From Narcine bancroftii (taxonomy: Eukaryota), in the NCBI RefSeq assembly GCF_036971445.1, contig NC_091471.1, positions 349,618,001 to 349,682,000 of the forward strand: a stretch of DNA of 64,000 nt, in the 5' to 3' direction. Each line of letters starts with the position of its first letter. Within the stretch, counting starts at the first letter, position 1. The position numbers were made by a program, and so were the translations under genes. The notes beneath the pieces are model-generated. The model made no database searches, was not told the origin of the DNA, and saw only the letters and a program-made list of their open reading frames with translations. Shown here piece by piece: positions 1 to 11,598 of this stretch.

Positions 1-264
1 TTAGGCTGCGCATTGTTCTCCGTGGCAAAATGCCAGTTTACTAATGGTCCATTGCTGGGCCCCATGGATAAAAGGGATGAGAGTTCAGATACAGGCCTGA
101 CAAAGAAACAGTGTCTAAAGCCTCGACACTGAAATACCAAAACAGGGCAGTACGAATGAATTAACAGTCAATGGAGGAAAATGTAGTCAAAAACTGGTGG
201 ACAAAAGATGTGTGAACGGTAGGTGTGAGGCAAACATGTTTCTTTTTCATAAGGTTTCAGAATC

Positions 265-463
265 GGCTTTTAATTTAAAAAATTTTTTAAATTTAGACAT
301 ACAGGCTATTTCGGCCCACCAGTCCATACCACCCAATTTACACCCCATTAACCTACACCCCCAGTACATTTTGAACGATGGGAGGAAACTGGAGACCCTG
401 GGAAAACCCACAGACACAGGGAGAATGTACAAACTCCTTACAGACAGTGCAGGATTCGAATCC
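265..463 (-). mobile_element. V-SINE copy truncated at the B box; further copies lie near 19220-19330, 42170-42340 and 61040-61230
   Basis: Reverse complement of the 20575-20750 SINE body. Confidence 0.72.
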
Positions 464-2615
464 TTTCTTTATTTAGCTTAGCATGGAGAATATTTGAAAA
501 CTGGAGTAGATAATAGTTGTGGACAACTATTCTTTCTCTAATCATCCACTTGGAGCAGCGCAGGAACAGGTTCTGTAGCCTAAGTGTCTGTACAAAAAAT
601 GATTCCCAAATTAAAGTAAAACTTTGCTGCTTGCACATGATGCCATATCCTATTCTCTGCAATTCATGCTTTACTGAGAAGCCTCTTAAACCATGCTATT
701 GTTTCTGCTTGCACCACTAACCCTTGTAGCCCATTCCAGATACCTACTCCTGTGTCCAAAATATCCCACACATTCCCCCCCCCATCCCCCCTGCCTTAAA
801 TACATTTTGTGTTCAGGTATCTAATGCTTCGCTGTTCCACAGGCCCATTTTAATCTTGCCACACTAACACCAGTCCTTTGCTCTCTTCTGCATGAGTTAC
901 GACACTTGGAGCAGACGCAGTCAGTCAGGTTTCTCGCTAAATCCAACAATTTTCTTTTAGTGGGGAAATACTTTGGTCACTCATGAGAACTTGGAACATT
1001 TCAGGGTGTTTTATTCAACGAGACCGTACAAATAACTGCCTCTGAGGAGTTCCATTCTCACAATGAGTAGACTGAAGAGGGTGGTTCAGATTGTTAAAGT
1101 TAAGAATACTGCAGTATGTATACCTCTCTGGTGACGTATAATTTTTTTTTCACAGAAAGGAAGACCTTGACACCAGTAACATGTACGCCAAACTTTATTC
1201 TTATTGAAATGGTAGATTACAGTTAATCCATTATTGCCACGTAACTTCACCTTTATTAATTACAGATAGATCTATTTATGTACCCATTTTGTGGAGATTT
1301 AAAGATGATGCCATTTAGCATTGTATATTGACAATCAGTGTTTACTTTTGTAGGTTAGAGTTTGTAAAAAATTAATGCAGTAGGACCTACCCAACTGGAT
1401 TGGAACTATTAATTTTCTCTTGGTCAGTACAAGTTACACTTACGATTCTGGCAACTCACTGAATCTGACTGCCAGTGTCTGAAAAAATGTCCAGGGTTGG
1501 CCCAGCCCAGTTGTGTCCTCGATCCAGGTCAGGATGCCCCAGTTGTCCTGTTCTTGATCAGTATTTGGTGATTAATGCTAAAAAAAATTAACAGCATGTT
1601 TGCGGTTTATAATATTTGCAACAATTATCCGATCGGGTTTAGGAAGAAGTATTTAGGATCAGGTTTGGAATGGACGTGATCAGGTTTATATCTGAATGGT
1701 ACTGATTGTCATTTCTGCCCTTCTGATAGCTGGAAGTTCAGCAGATAGTAAAATTGGAGTCTGTATATAAACATTGATTACATTGCTAAATCCGTATGAT
1801 GAGCAAGTTGCATTTCCAAGGAGCTATCCTCGTTGAGTAGGTTCATTGGAGAGCTATTTTCTGCAGCTTTCTTTTCAATTTTCCAGCATTTGACTAGGTC
1901 TCCATTTAGGAACTGAATCCAAAACTTGATGGCCAACAACAGTGATTCTTTCCTCTGTGGGTTTGTCTCTAAAACCTTGCCCAGGGACTCGCTCCTCTCC
2001 GAACACACTGTAGTGTAAGGTGTTGATGTTCTTCATATTAGGTTACTGACTCTAATGTGCCAATAGATTCCTAGGTCGCACAAAGAGAGGAAATCCTGAG
2101 GTTGCATTGATGGCAAGTTTCAGTCTGCACATTCAATTTCTAGGTAAATTGCTTCAGAGCTTCTGATCTATTTGGAACTGCCCACTCCTATACAGTGACC
2201 TGATAGGGCACCATCTCCAAAATAGATGTGTAGCACCTGGGTTCTCCAACCATTAACTTTCACCAATTCTAAAAAAAAAACATGCAGGCAACAGTTGCAA
2301 AACCGTGTGATCCATTGGGTCAAAATATGCATGTAAATGTACCACATGTGGCAGGTTCTTAACCCAGCAGCACTCACTCCTCTGTTTCCTGCCATCATTA
2401 TCTTGGTGAATAAAGGCTCTGGTTGAAAGATGAGAATTTGTGAATCCTGGCAAGCTTCAATGAGGTAGTCACTGGACTCCTAAGCTTTTGTACAAGATGC
2501 TGTTATTTAAATTGTTAAGGGATCATGGCCTTTGTGGCATTTCTAGGTTGAAAAATTGAGCTGTCGTTTATTACTTGATCTGATGCTATAGGGACTGACT
2601 CTCTTCTCTTCCCAG

Positions 2616-2700
2616 GAAATCAGAAGTCAAGCCCTCAGCTTCCACACCAGTTGACCTACCCCCAGAGTACCTGACCAGCCCTCTTTCCCAGCAGTCACAG
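2616..2700 (+). CDS. HGS: HGS/Hrs coding exon, first one in the window (VHS/FYVE exons lie upstream): KSEVKPSASTPVDLPPEYLTSPLSQQSQ
   Basis: Polypyrimidine tract plus cccag acceptor and gtaagc donor. Translation matches Hrs 'LPPEYLTSPLSQQSQ' and contains a PPxY motif. Confidence 0.93.
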
Positions 2701-3629
2701 GTAAGCAGCACTTCACTTGGATTCGATGAGGGTCTGTACTCTCCTGCACAGTGAATGCTTGCATGTTTTGAATTCCTGCAATAAGTATTTCACCCAAAGC
2801 TCACTCTGACCACTGATGAGATCTGTTGAGGATGGTACATTTATTTCAAATGCTTAAACTTTTCTTGTTCCCTGAATTTTGCATTTCTGTATTTGCCGAC
2901 AGAGTAAGGTCCATGGTATATGTTACAGACTGTTAAGAAAAATTCCCAGGTTCGGAATCATTTAGGATGAATGATGATGAGATTCCTATTGAATTGATGG
3001 AGACACCCTTGCTAATTGCAACTTTGGAGGGAGAATGGAAGGGTATAGACAGAGTGAATGCAAGCAGGCTTTTTCCACTGAGGGTAGGTGAGAAAAACTA
3101 GATGACGTGAGTTTAGGGAAAATTCAGGGAAACTTCTTCACACAGAGATTGGTGGAAGTGTGGAATGAGCTGCCAGCTGAAGTGGTGAATGCGGGCTCAG
3201 ATTTTTCAGATTTATTGTCAGAGTACATACAACATCGCATACAACATGGAGATTCTTTTTCCTGTGGGCGCAGCAGAATTACCACTAATTGGTAGTGCAA
3301 AAAATAAACTGTACACAGTGTAAACATGTAAACAAATAAAATAACTGTAAACAATAACAAAAGTAAATAAACTGTGCCATACAGAGAGAACAAAAAAAAA
3401 ATCAATAAAGTGCATAAGTAAAAGTCTTTAAATGAGTCTCTGATTGAGTTTGTTGTTGAGGAGTCTGATGGTGGAGGGGTAGCAGCTGATCCTGAATCTG
3501 GTGGTTTCAGTTTTGACAGATACATGGGGGGTATGGAGGGATATGGTCTGGTTGCAGGTTGATGGAACTAGACAGAATAATAGTTCAGCACAGACTGAAA
3601 GGGCCAAAAGGCCTGTTTCTAAGACTATA

Positions 3630-4200
3630 AGGTACAGGAGCAGAAATAGGCCATTCAGCCCAATGAATTTTCCCCACCATTTAATCATGATCTGATCCAT
3701 TTTCCCTTTCAGCCCCACTTCCTGGCCTTCTCCCCATAAGCTTTGATGCCCTGGCTAATCCTGTCAATCTCTGCCTGAAATACGCCCATGACCTGGCCTC
3801 CACAACCACCTGAGGCAACAAATTCTTCAGCATCTCTGTTCTAAGTGGACTCTGTTCAATCCTGAGATTGTGCCCTCTTATCCTAGACTCTCCCACCATC
3901 TACTCTGTCTACATCTACTTTGTCCATGACTTCCAATGTTCAAAATATTTCATTGAGATTCCCCTCCCCCATTCTCCTAAATTTCAAGGAGTACAGGCCA
4001 TGATCCGTCAAACGTTTCTCATATGATAACCCTTTCATTCCCAGAATCATCCTTGTGAACCTCCTGAAAACTCATCAACACATCTTTTCTCAAATGAGGA
4101 GCCCAAAACTGCTCGCAATCCTCCAAGTGAGGTCTCACCAGTGCCTTATAAAACCATCACATTCCTGCTCTTATATTTTATTCCTCTTGAAATGTATGTG
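3630..4200 (-). mobile_element. CR1 3' fragment; similar fragments lie at about 2960-3200, 8345-8790, 12780-13185, 22690-23190, 23720-24370, 43790-44150 and 62700-63120
   Basis: ORF 3681..3899 'VGESRIRGHNLRI' and a shared 3' UTR motif. Boundaries are approximate. Confidence 0.75.
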
Positions 4201-4484
4201 CTGTAGTATTCTATGGTTCTAAGGGAAGAATTATTGGAGCAAACAAAAAATCGATGTTTATTGTGGTGATTTAATTTTTTTTAAAAAAGGTATATATCAG
4301 GGAAACAGAATGACTGAAGAGAAGAATCTTTTCCTATTACCCTTCCAGCCATAGAGTAGTGTGAGGTACAGTTTAAACTGGCTGGGGGAGAGAGGCTTTA
4401 CAACAATGGAATGCAGTTGCATTGACCATTTCTTTGCCTCCTGAGCTGATGACCAGGTCCCATTTGTGTTTTTCCTTGATTTAG

Positions 4485-4583
4485 TTGCCCCCCAAGCGTG
4501 ATGAAGCTGCCTTGCAGGAGGAAGAGGAGCTTCAGCTTGCCATTGCCCTGTCACAGTCTGAGGCAGAGGAGAAGGAGAGAATG
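4485..4583 (+). CDS. HGS: HGS exon encoding the ubiquitin-interacting motif: LPPKRDEAALQEEEELQLAIALSQSEAEEKERM
   Basis: ttag acceptor and gtgagt donor; 99 nt, phase 0-0. Matches the Hrs double-sided UIM. Confidence 0.96.
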
Positions 4584-4649
4584 GTGAGTGATGTCCTCCG
4601 ATAGGTTTCACTGCACAACAGCAAAGTGGGTGCTGTGGCTGCATTTGGG

Positions 4650-4668
4650 GTGTGTGTGTGTGTGTGTG
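4650..4668 (+). repeat. (GT)n microsatellite
   Basis: gtgtgtgtgtgtgtgtgtg downstream of the UIM exon. Confidence 0.85.
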
Positions 4669-5155
4669 TCTGCTGGCTGTGTAAGATCTCGCCTTGTTGG
4701 GTGGGAGTCAGTGCTTCTGCCTGATCTGACTTGTTGTGAGTTGTTAATGTGATTTATTCACACCAGTGTGAGAGGAATAATTATTGGCCTAATTACCTGT
4801 TGCATTGCATGCCTGAGTGCTTGTATGTCAGCAGTCTAGATCAGCATTAAGCTCTCTGAATGTATGCTGAGCGAAAATAGATCTGAGCTCCAGGAGACGC
4901 AAGAGCCCACAGATGCTGCAATCTGGTCCAAAAAAAAACAATCTGTGGAGGAATTTGATGAAGGGTTCTGACCCGAGATGGCAACAGTATTTTTCCTCTC
5001 ACTTTTGCTGCTCAACCCACAGATTTTTATTTGTATCTAAGTGTCAACATGAAATAGCCCAACAGACCAATGCTGACCACTTGCATGCAAACTGGTAGGG
5101 TCAAGATGTTATGTCTTCTGTCTATTGGCAATGTTTGATTGTTAGGGAGCAGGTG

Positions 5156-5539
5156 CAGTAGAATCCCTGGTATCCAGAATTCAAGCAACTGGCAGCCCAA
5201 GCATCCAGGAGAGGGAGAGTCATTTGTGATGGCAGCACAGTTAGTGCAGAAGCTGACACTGTTACACTCCAGATGTAAATTTAAATTTAATTTTGGATTT
5301 AAATTTACAGTTTGCAAATTACAGGAATTGTCAAATTAAAGTGAACTTTACTTAATTAAATACTAAAATATTTAGTTTTTTTTTACAAATCACTTTACAA
5401 CTGTCATGTTTTTTAAACTGTTTATTCTTAGTGCGGGTGTATTAGTTAGGCATTGCAAGAGTGTGTCTCAGGCAACTGGAAAACTCACTTATCTGGCATC
5501 TGCGATCCTCGTAGGTGCTGGATATGAGGGATTTTACTG
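5156..5539. mobile_element. Older copy of the same Tigger-like MITE family
   Basis: Degenerate TIRs (cagtagaatccctggtatccag ... ctggatatgagggattttactg). Internal sequence is similar to 7440-7734. Confidence 0.75.
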
Positions 5540-5992
5540 CAACTGTTTCAGCCTTTCTGACCACATTTTTACATTCACCTTCATCCTCCACTGTTCTACC
5601 TTGTGGTCTGCCAGGTTTATAAAAAATGGCTGTAAGCTTTACCTCAGTGCCTACCTTGCCCAAAGTTAGTTAAAAGTGTGGCCACGATTGAGCTCACGTT
5701 CAGAGCATTCTTTGTTATTACTTTTGCTATTTAAAATCAGTGGAGGAATTTGATGAAGGGTTCTGACCTGAGATGGCAACAGTACTTTAGGCTGACCCAC
5801 CAGATGATGATTGTCATGTTCTAGTGAGGGTCTCGTTGATTTCACAAAAAGTTAGAAAGTTTTTTTTAAGGGTTGGGTTTGTGTGTTGGAAGTTGATCAC
5901 TGGGAGTGGAGGTACAAAGCTCCAAGGCTGTTAACCCATGCTTGCTTTTACTGGCAACTCACTGACTGCTCTCTCTCTCTTTCTCCTGGTAG

Positions 5993-6088
5993 AGACAGAA
6001 AAACACTTATTCCATGTACCCAAAGACTGAGCCAACACCAGTCACGTCGTCAGCACCGCCAGTCAGCAGCTTGTATTCATCCCCAGTG
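5993..6088 (+). CDS. HGS: HGS exon: RQKNTYSMYPKTEPTPVTSSAPPVSSLYSSPV
   Basis: CT-rich tract plus tag acceptor and gtaaga donor; 96 nt. Matches Hrs 'SSAPP.SSLYSSPV'. Confidence 0.93.
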
Positions 6089-6140
6089 GTAAGAGTTCTA
6101 AGTATGATCAATTTGAGGGGGAATATTGTCATTCCTGTAT

Positions 6141-7035
6141 CTTTGGCTTGGCTTCGCGGACGAAGATTTATGGAGGGGGTAAAAAGTCCACGTCAGCTGC
6201 AGGCTCGTTTGTGGCTGACAAGTCCGATGCGGGACAGGCAGACACGATTGCAGCGGTTGCAGGGGAAAATTGGTTGGTTGGGGTTGGGTGTTGGGTTTTT
6301 CCTCCTTTGCCTTTTGTCAGTGAGGTGGGCTCTGCGGTCTTCTTCAAAGGAGGTTGCTGCCCGCCAAACTGTGAGGCGCCAAGATGGACGGTTTGAGGCG
6401 TTATCAGCCCACTGGCGGTGGTCAATGTGGCAGGCACCAAGAGATTTCTTTAGGCAGTCCTTGTACCTTTTCTTTGGTGCACCTCTGTCACGGTGGCCAG
6501 TGGAGAGCTCGCCATATAACACGATCTTGGGAAGGCGATGGTCCTCCATTCTGGAGACGTGACCCATCCAGCGCAGCTGGATCTTCAGCAGCGTGGACTC
6601 GATGCTGTCGACCTCTGCCATCTCGAGTACTTCGACGTTAGGGATGTAAGCGCTCCAATGGATGTTGAGGATGGAGCGGAGACAACGCTGGTGGAAGCGT
6701 TCTAGGAGCCGTAGGTGGTGCCGGTAGAGGACCCATGATTCGGAGCCGAACAGGAGTGTGGGTATGACAACGGCTCTGTATACGCTTATCTTTGTGAGGT
6801 TTTTCAGTTGGTTGTTTTTCCAGACTCTTTTGTGTAGTCTGCCAAAGGCGCTATTTGCCTTGGCGAGTCTGTTGTCTATCTCATTGTCGATCCTTGCATC
6901 TGATGAAATGGTGCAGCCGAGATAGGTAAACTGGTTGACCGTTTTGAGTTTTGTGTGCCCGATGGAGATGTGGGGGGGCTGGTAGTCATGGTGGGGAGCT
7001 GGCTGATGGAGGACCTCAGTTTTCTTCAGGCTGAC
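6141..7035 (-). mobile_element. 5'-truncated RTE-clade LINE (RT C-terminal part plus zinc-finger-like tail), reading frame still open, 9-bp TSD TTCCTGTAT
   Basis: ORF 6193..7215 contains 'FTYLGCTIS...RLAKANSAFGRL...LLFGSESW...LRWMGHVSRM'. (GCCAA)2 3' end. TSD at 6132-6140 and 7036-7044. Confidence 0.92.
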
Positions 7036-7050
7036 TTCCTGTATGTAGTA

Positions 7051-7734
7051 CAGTAAAATCCCCATTATCTGGCATTCAGTCAACTGGAAAGTCAAAAAAA
7101 ATTCAAATAAATAAATTATTTTAAATATAAATAAGAATAATTTAAGTTTTAAATAAAAGTTTAAAATCGTAAAAGTAAATGTTCTCTGAAGCAAAATACA
7201 ATCCCTTGGGAGCAAGCGTTCAGCCAGCGGAGCGCCCTGGTCGTAAATAAAGTTTCAATAAAGTTGTGTTTGAATAAAATGGTGGCGCCTGGATGAAAAG
7301 CCGGCTGATGCCGCTCACCACTGGGGCGAACCTCCCAAAGTCTCTCCCTATCCTTGCTTAGTAAGAGTCTTTACTTTTTACTCGTATTAAGTATATTAAT
7401 AAGGCTTTATCTGTAAACTTGGGGGGAGGGGTTTAATTATCACGACGGCACTGATAGCGTAGCAGTTAGCACAACACTGTTACTGCGCCAGCAACTGGAG
7501 TTCAAATTTAAATTTTGTAAGTTACAGGAATTACTAGATTAAAGCAAACTTTTACATAATTAAAGACGACAATATTTTTTTTTCCTAATTACTTTACATT
7601 TTGCACTGTCTTCAAAAGGTGTATTCTTAATGCAGGTGTATTAGGCATTATAAGAGTGAGTCTCAGTCAGTCAGAAAATTTGCATTTCCGTCATCCATAA
7701 TCCCTATAGATGCCAGATAATGGGGATTTTACTG
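7051..7734. mobile_element. Tc1/mariner (pogo/Tigger-like) MITE with perfect 25-bp TIRs and TA TSD
   Basis: CAGTAAAATCCCCATTATCTGGCAT at 7051-7075 and its exact reverse complement at 7710-7734, flanked by TA on both sides. Confidence 0.9.
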
Positions 7735-8880
7735 TATATGCGAGTACAGTGGTGAGGTTATGTGACTAATAGTCAGAGGCCTGGGAGCATTGATAGAAAT
7801 CCCACATTAGCTAGGAAATTTAAAGTCAGCAAATATATCTGGAATAAAAGTCTAGCATTGACTCCAAGTTGTTCTGAAACCTATTCTTGAAGTTGGAAAT
7901 TTCCCATCCACGCCCAGCCTAATTTAAGCACATCTCCTAGCCTTCTGTCGCATTGCCTCGTCATACAGTGCATTTCATGGAAATGTCCATCTTCCTTCAA
8001 TACACTTGAAGTGTAACATGTGGCAGGTGATGTGTGCATAGCAGCATCTAACAAAATGACCACCATTGATTTCTTGGGGGGGTGGGGGTTCTTCTCACAA
8101 TGCAGCCATGGGGAGAGGAGCAGCCGTCTCTCATCCCTGGACCAGAAGCATCAAGGTAATAGTAACACACTCAACAGTAGGGGATGTTGGCTGACCGCAC
8201 AGAGACCCAGTGCCTCAACTGTTCGTGTGGCATGCTTTCCCAACCAGCCACCCTGGCAGCTCTTCTTGATGTTCGGGTGCCAGTCTACATTTTGCTCATA
8301 CCTTGATGAAGGACTCAAGCCCAAAACATTGGTTATGTATCTTCATAGAATATTACAACGCAGAAAACAGGCCCTTCTAGTCTGTGCCGAACTATTCTGC
8401 TTAATTCCACTGTCCTGAACCCAGTCCATAGGTATCCATGAACCTATCCAAATTTTCCTTAACTGTGCAAATTGAGCTCCAATCACCACTTCAGCTGGCA
8501 GCTTGTTTCACATTCCAGCCACTCTCTGTGTGAAGTTCCCCAAAAATTTTTCCCTATTTCTGTTAACCCATGTCCTCTGATTTGTATCGCACTTAACCTC
8601 AATGGAAAAAAGCCTACTTGCATTTACTCTATGCCCCTCATAATTTTGTACACCTCTGTCAAATCTCCCCTCATTCTTCTACACTCCAGGGAATAAAGTC
8701 CTTTCTCTGTAACTCAGTTCCTCAGGTTCTGGAAACATCCTTGTAAATCTTCTCTTTTCCCTTTCAAACTTATAATTTTCCTGTAGATTCATAACCTGGG
8801 CACCTACTTACATTTTGCTCATGCCTTAATGAAGGGCTCAAGCCCGGAATGTTGGTTATGTATCTTTATCTTTGCTCTAT

Positions 8881-9158
8881 CAGTGGGGTGATATCGCCTC
8901 CAACCGTGCATCTTGGCGCCTCACAGTTCGGCGGGCAGCAACCTCCTTTGAAGAAGACCGCAGAGCCCACCTCACTGACAAAAGACAAAGGAGGAAAAAC
9001 CCAACACCCAACCCAACCCACCAATTTTCCCTTGCAACCGCTGCAACCGTGCCTGCCTGTCCCGCATCGGACTTGTCAGTCACCAACGAGCCTGCAGCAG
9101 ACATGGACATACCCCTCCATAAATCTTCTCCCGCGAAGCCATAAGAAAAAAAGAAAGA
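8881..9158 (+). mobile_element. RTE 3' fragment inserted in a Penelope-derived repeat
   Basis: Near-identical to the 3' end of the 6141-7035 element, with an A-rich tail. Confidence 0.88.
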
Positions 9159-9363
9159 ATAAAGTACACTGACCTGCTGAGTTACTCCAGTATTGTGTTT
9201 TTACCTCGAGAAACATTGAGTTCACTTTATATTAAACCAGCAAGCTGATACCAGTGGGGTTACACAAGTAACCCAGTGAAGTAAACAAGAGGGAAAGTTG
9301 CAACTCATCGCAATGAGTGGCTAGTGTGAATTCTTTTACAAGTCTTGTGCTTTGTCCTTCCAG

Positions 9364-9402
9364 AATTCTTCTGCTCCAACAGCTGAGGAGATTGACCCTG
9401 AG
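9364..9402 (+). CDS. HGS: HGS 39-nt exon: NSSAPTAEEIDPE
   Basis: ccag acceptor and gtaatg donor. Matches Hrs 'NSSAPLAEDIDPE'. Confidence 0.92.
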
Positions 9403-9499
9403 GTAATGGGTTGTATGTGTTACTAAATGATTTGGAGTCATTTTCAAATGTGACAAAAACAGATGGCTCTAAATACTTGCTTTGCTCTCTTGTTGAAAG

Positions 9500-9643
9500 C
9501 TGGCTCGATACTTGAATCGCAACTACTGGGAAAAGAAGCAAGAGGAGGTCAGAAAGAGCCCCACTCCCTCAGCCCCAGTGTCCGTGGTGGAGACGGTTGC
9601 CCAGCCTGCTGATACTCACCCTGCTCCTGTCACTGTTGTGGAG
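9500..9643 (+). CDS. HGS: HGS exon: LARYLNRNYWEKKQEEVRKSPTPSAP...VVE, containing the TSG101-binding PSAP motif
   Basis: aaag acceptor after a 97-nt intron and gtaagt donor; 144 nt. Near-identical to Hrs 'LARYLNRNYWEKKQEE.RKSPTPSAP'. Confidence 0.95.
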
Positions 9644-9811
9644 GTAAGTGTGTTCTCATCTCCTTTCCTTTCATTTTCTTCTTGATTTAATTTCTCTCTG
9701 ACATTGTGTTGAGTGGGTTTTATAAACAGTGGATGTTTGCAGTTCTGACAAAGCGTGACCATTGCCAATATTGTGTCAGGCATTCAGTAAGAAATGGCAT
9801 GGCATAGGGTG

Positions 9812-10360
9812 TAGCACATAGCAGTCTGTGAATGGTGGAGCACATAGCAGTCTGAATGGTGAAGCACATAGCAGTCTGTGAATGGTGGAGCACATAGCAG
9901 TCTGAATGGTGAAGCACATAGCAGTCTGTGAATGGTGGAGCACATAGCAGTCTGAATGGTGAAGCACATAGCAGTCTGTGAATGGTGGAGCACATAGCAG
10001 TCTGTGAATGGTGGAGCACATAGCAGTCTGTGAATGGTGGAGCACATAGCAGTCTGAATGGTGGAGCACAAAGCAGTCTGAATGGTGGAGCACATAGCAG
10101 TCTGTGAATGGTGGAGCACATAGTCTGTGAATGGTGGAGCACATAGCAGTGAATGATGGAGCACATATCAGTCTGTGAATGGTGGAACACACAGCAGTCT
10201 GTTGTACAGGGGACCACGGGGTGGAACACACAGCAGTCTGTTGTACGGGGGACCACAGGGTGAAGCACACAGCGGTCTGTTGTACGAGACAACACGGGGT
10301 GGATCACACAGCGGTCTGTTGTACGAGACAACACAGGGTGGATCACACAGCGGTCTGTTG
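9812..10360 (+). repeat. Intronic minisatellite: 24/26-bp units GCAGTCTG(TG)AATGGTG(G/A)AGCACATA grading into 39-bp units
   Basis: Read directly from the sequence. It explains the repetitive ORFs at 9720-10430. Confidence 0.92.
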
Positions 10361-10789
10361 TAGGGGGTAGCATACGGTAGCAGGTAGAGGTTGCAGGAGC
10401 ACGGTTACCATACCCATGGACACAGTGCAATGAGGGGACTCTTCTTTTGCTTCTCTTCCTATTGTACTGTTAGGGACGCCGGGCAATGCTAATTGCAAAT
10501 TTTTGTCTGCTTTGTGGCAGACTAAAGGGAATTTTATGTAATATTGCACATTTTTTACTACATTACAATTAATTGTATCTTATCTAACCTCTATGGTTAG
10601 AGGATTTAAAAAAAAACGCTATTGGCTGGTTCCTCTAATGGAGCCCTAGGCATCATGGCCTGGCAGATCAGAGCTCCTATATCCATGTTAGCAGTAAATA
10701 ACATCATGAGAAGCAGACTTGCACCTTAACAGGTGAAGTAACTGCATGCAATGTGGGTTTGAATGTTTTCTCTCCTCTTTACTGTTCAG

Positions 10790-11003
10790 CAGCAGTACCA
10801 GAATGGAGAGTCTGAGGAGAACCATGACCAGTTCCTGAAGGCACTGCAGAACTCAGTGGTGACATTTGTGAACAGGATGAAGAGCAATCACGTGCGCGGC
10901 CGCAGCATCACCAATGACACAGCGGTGCTGTCCCTGTTCCAATCCATCAACAGCATGCATCCTCAGCTGCTAGAGCTGCTGAACCAGCTGGACGAGAGGC
11001 GGC
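10790..11003 (+). CDS. HGS: HGS exon (GAT/helical core): QQYQNGESEENHDQFLKALQNSV...LNQLDERR
   Basis: Within ORF 10763..11104. ttcag acceptor and c|gtgagt donor (phase 1). Strong match to the Hrs helical domain. Confidence 0.96.
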
Positions 11004-11598
11004 GTGAGTACCCGAGCATCCGTTCTGAGAGGAAGCAATGTCTACCAGAAGGGGATTTAATGCTGCCTCGACCTGTGAAGACACATCTTTTGAGCAATTT
11101 TTAAAAAAATGTCAGCAAAGGGCATGTGAGAAACCAGATTTTTTTTTGGGGGGGGGGGAAGGGATTTATGGGGCAAGGATGCACGTGTAATTAACACCTG
11201 GGTGACCTATGTCCCCGCTGAGCATCCTTCCTGCAGATCATTGTCCCATCTGGGTGCTGCTGAATGGGCTCAGGATGGGGGCAAGACACAGGACCAACCA
11301 TGATGATAGCAGGCACCCAGAACTTGTAGCAGCCTGCATTGCACAATACTTTGCCTTGGATTGTTTGCATGGTGACTGGTGCAGCCAGTAATGACACAGG
11401 AGAGTGGGCAGAGGAAGACACTTTGAGGGACTACCACTGCCATCGAGCTGCCAGCTGGGTCACCTACTCAAGGGCTGGCTCTTGAAAGCAGTCATGTGGC
11501 TTTTAATTCTCCTTCATGAAGCCTGTCTAATATTTGTAAGCTTGATAGTTATCGATGCTGCCTAAATTCCTTCAACATAGTTGACAGAAATAGAGGTA

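Noticed and set aside
1-2615. HGS VHS/FYVE exons
   Set aside because: I found no matching peptide. They presumably lie upstream of the window.
6193-7215. 340-aa ORF as a host gene with a hydrophobic N-terminus
   Set aside because: The N-terminal 60 or so residues are read-through from the adjacent AT-rich MITE. The rest is a truncated RTE ORF.
9812-10360. CRISPR-like regular repeats and Cys/His-rich ORFs
   Set aside because: There are no unique spacers and no cas genes, and the context is a vertebrate intron. The ORFs are translations of a minisatellite.
10441-10540. Polypyrimidine tract plus AG as the missing HGS exon
   Set aside because: The downstream translation does not resemble Hrs, and no convincing in-frame donor follows.
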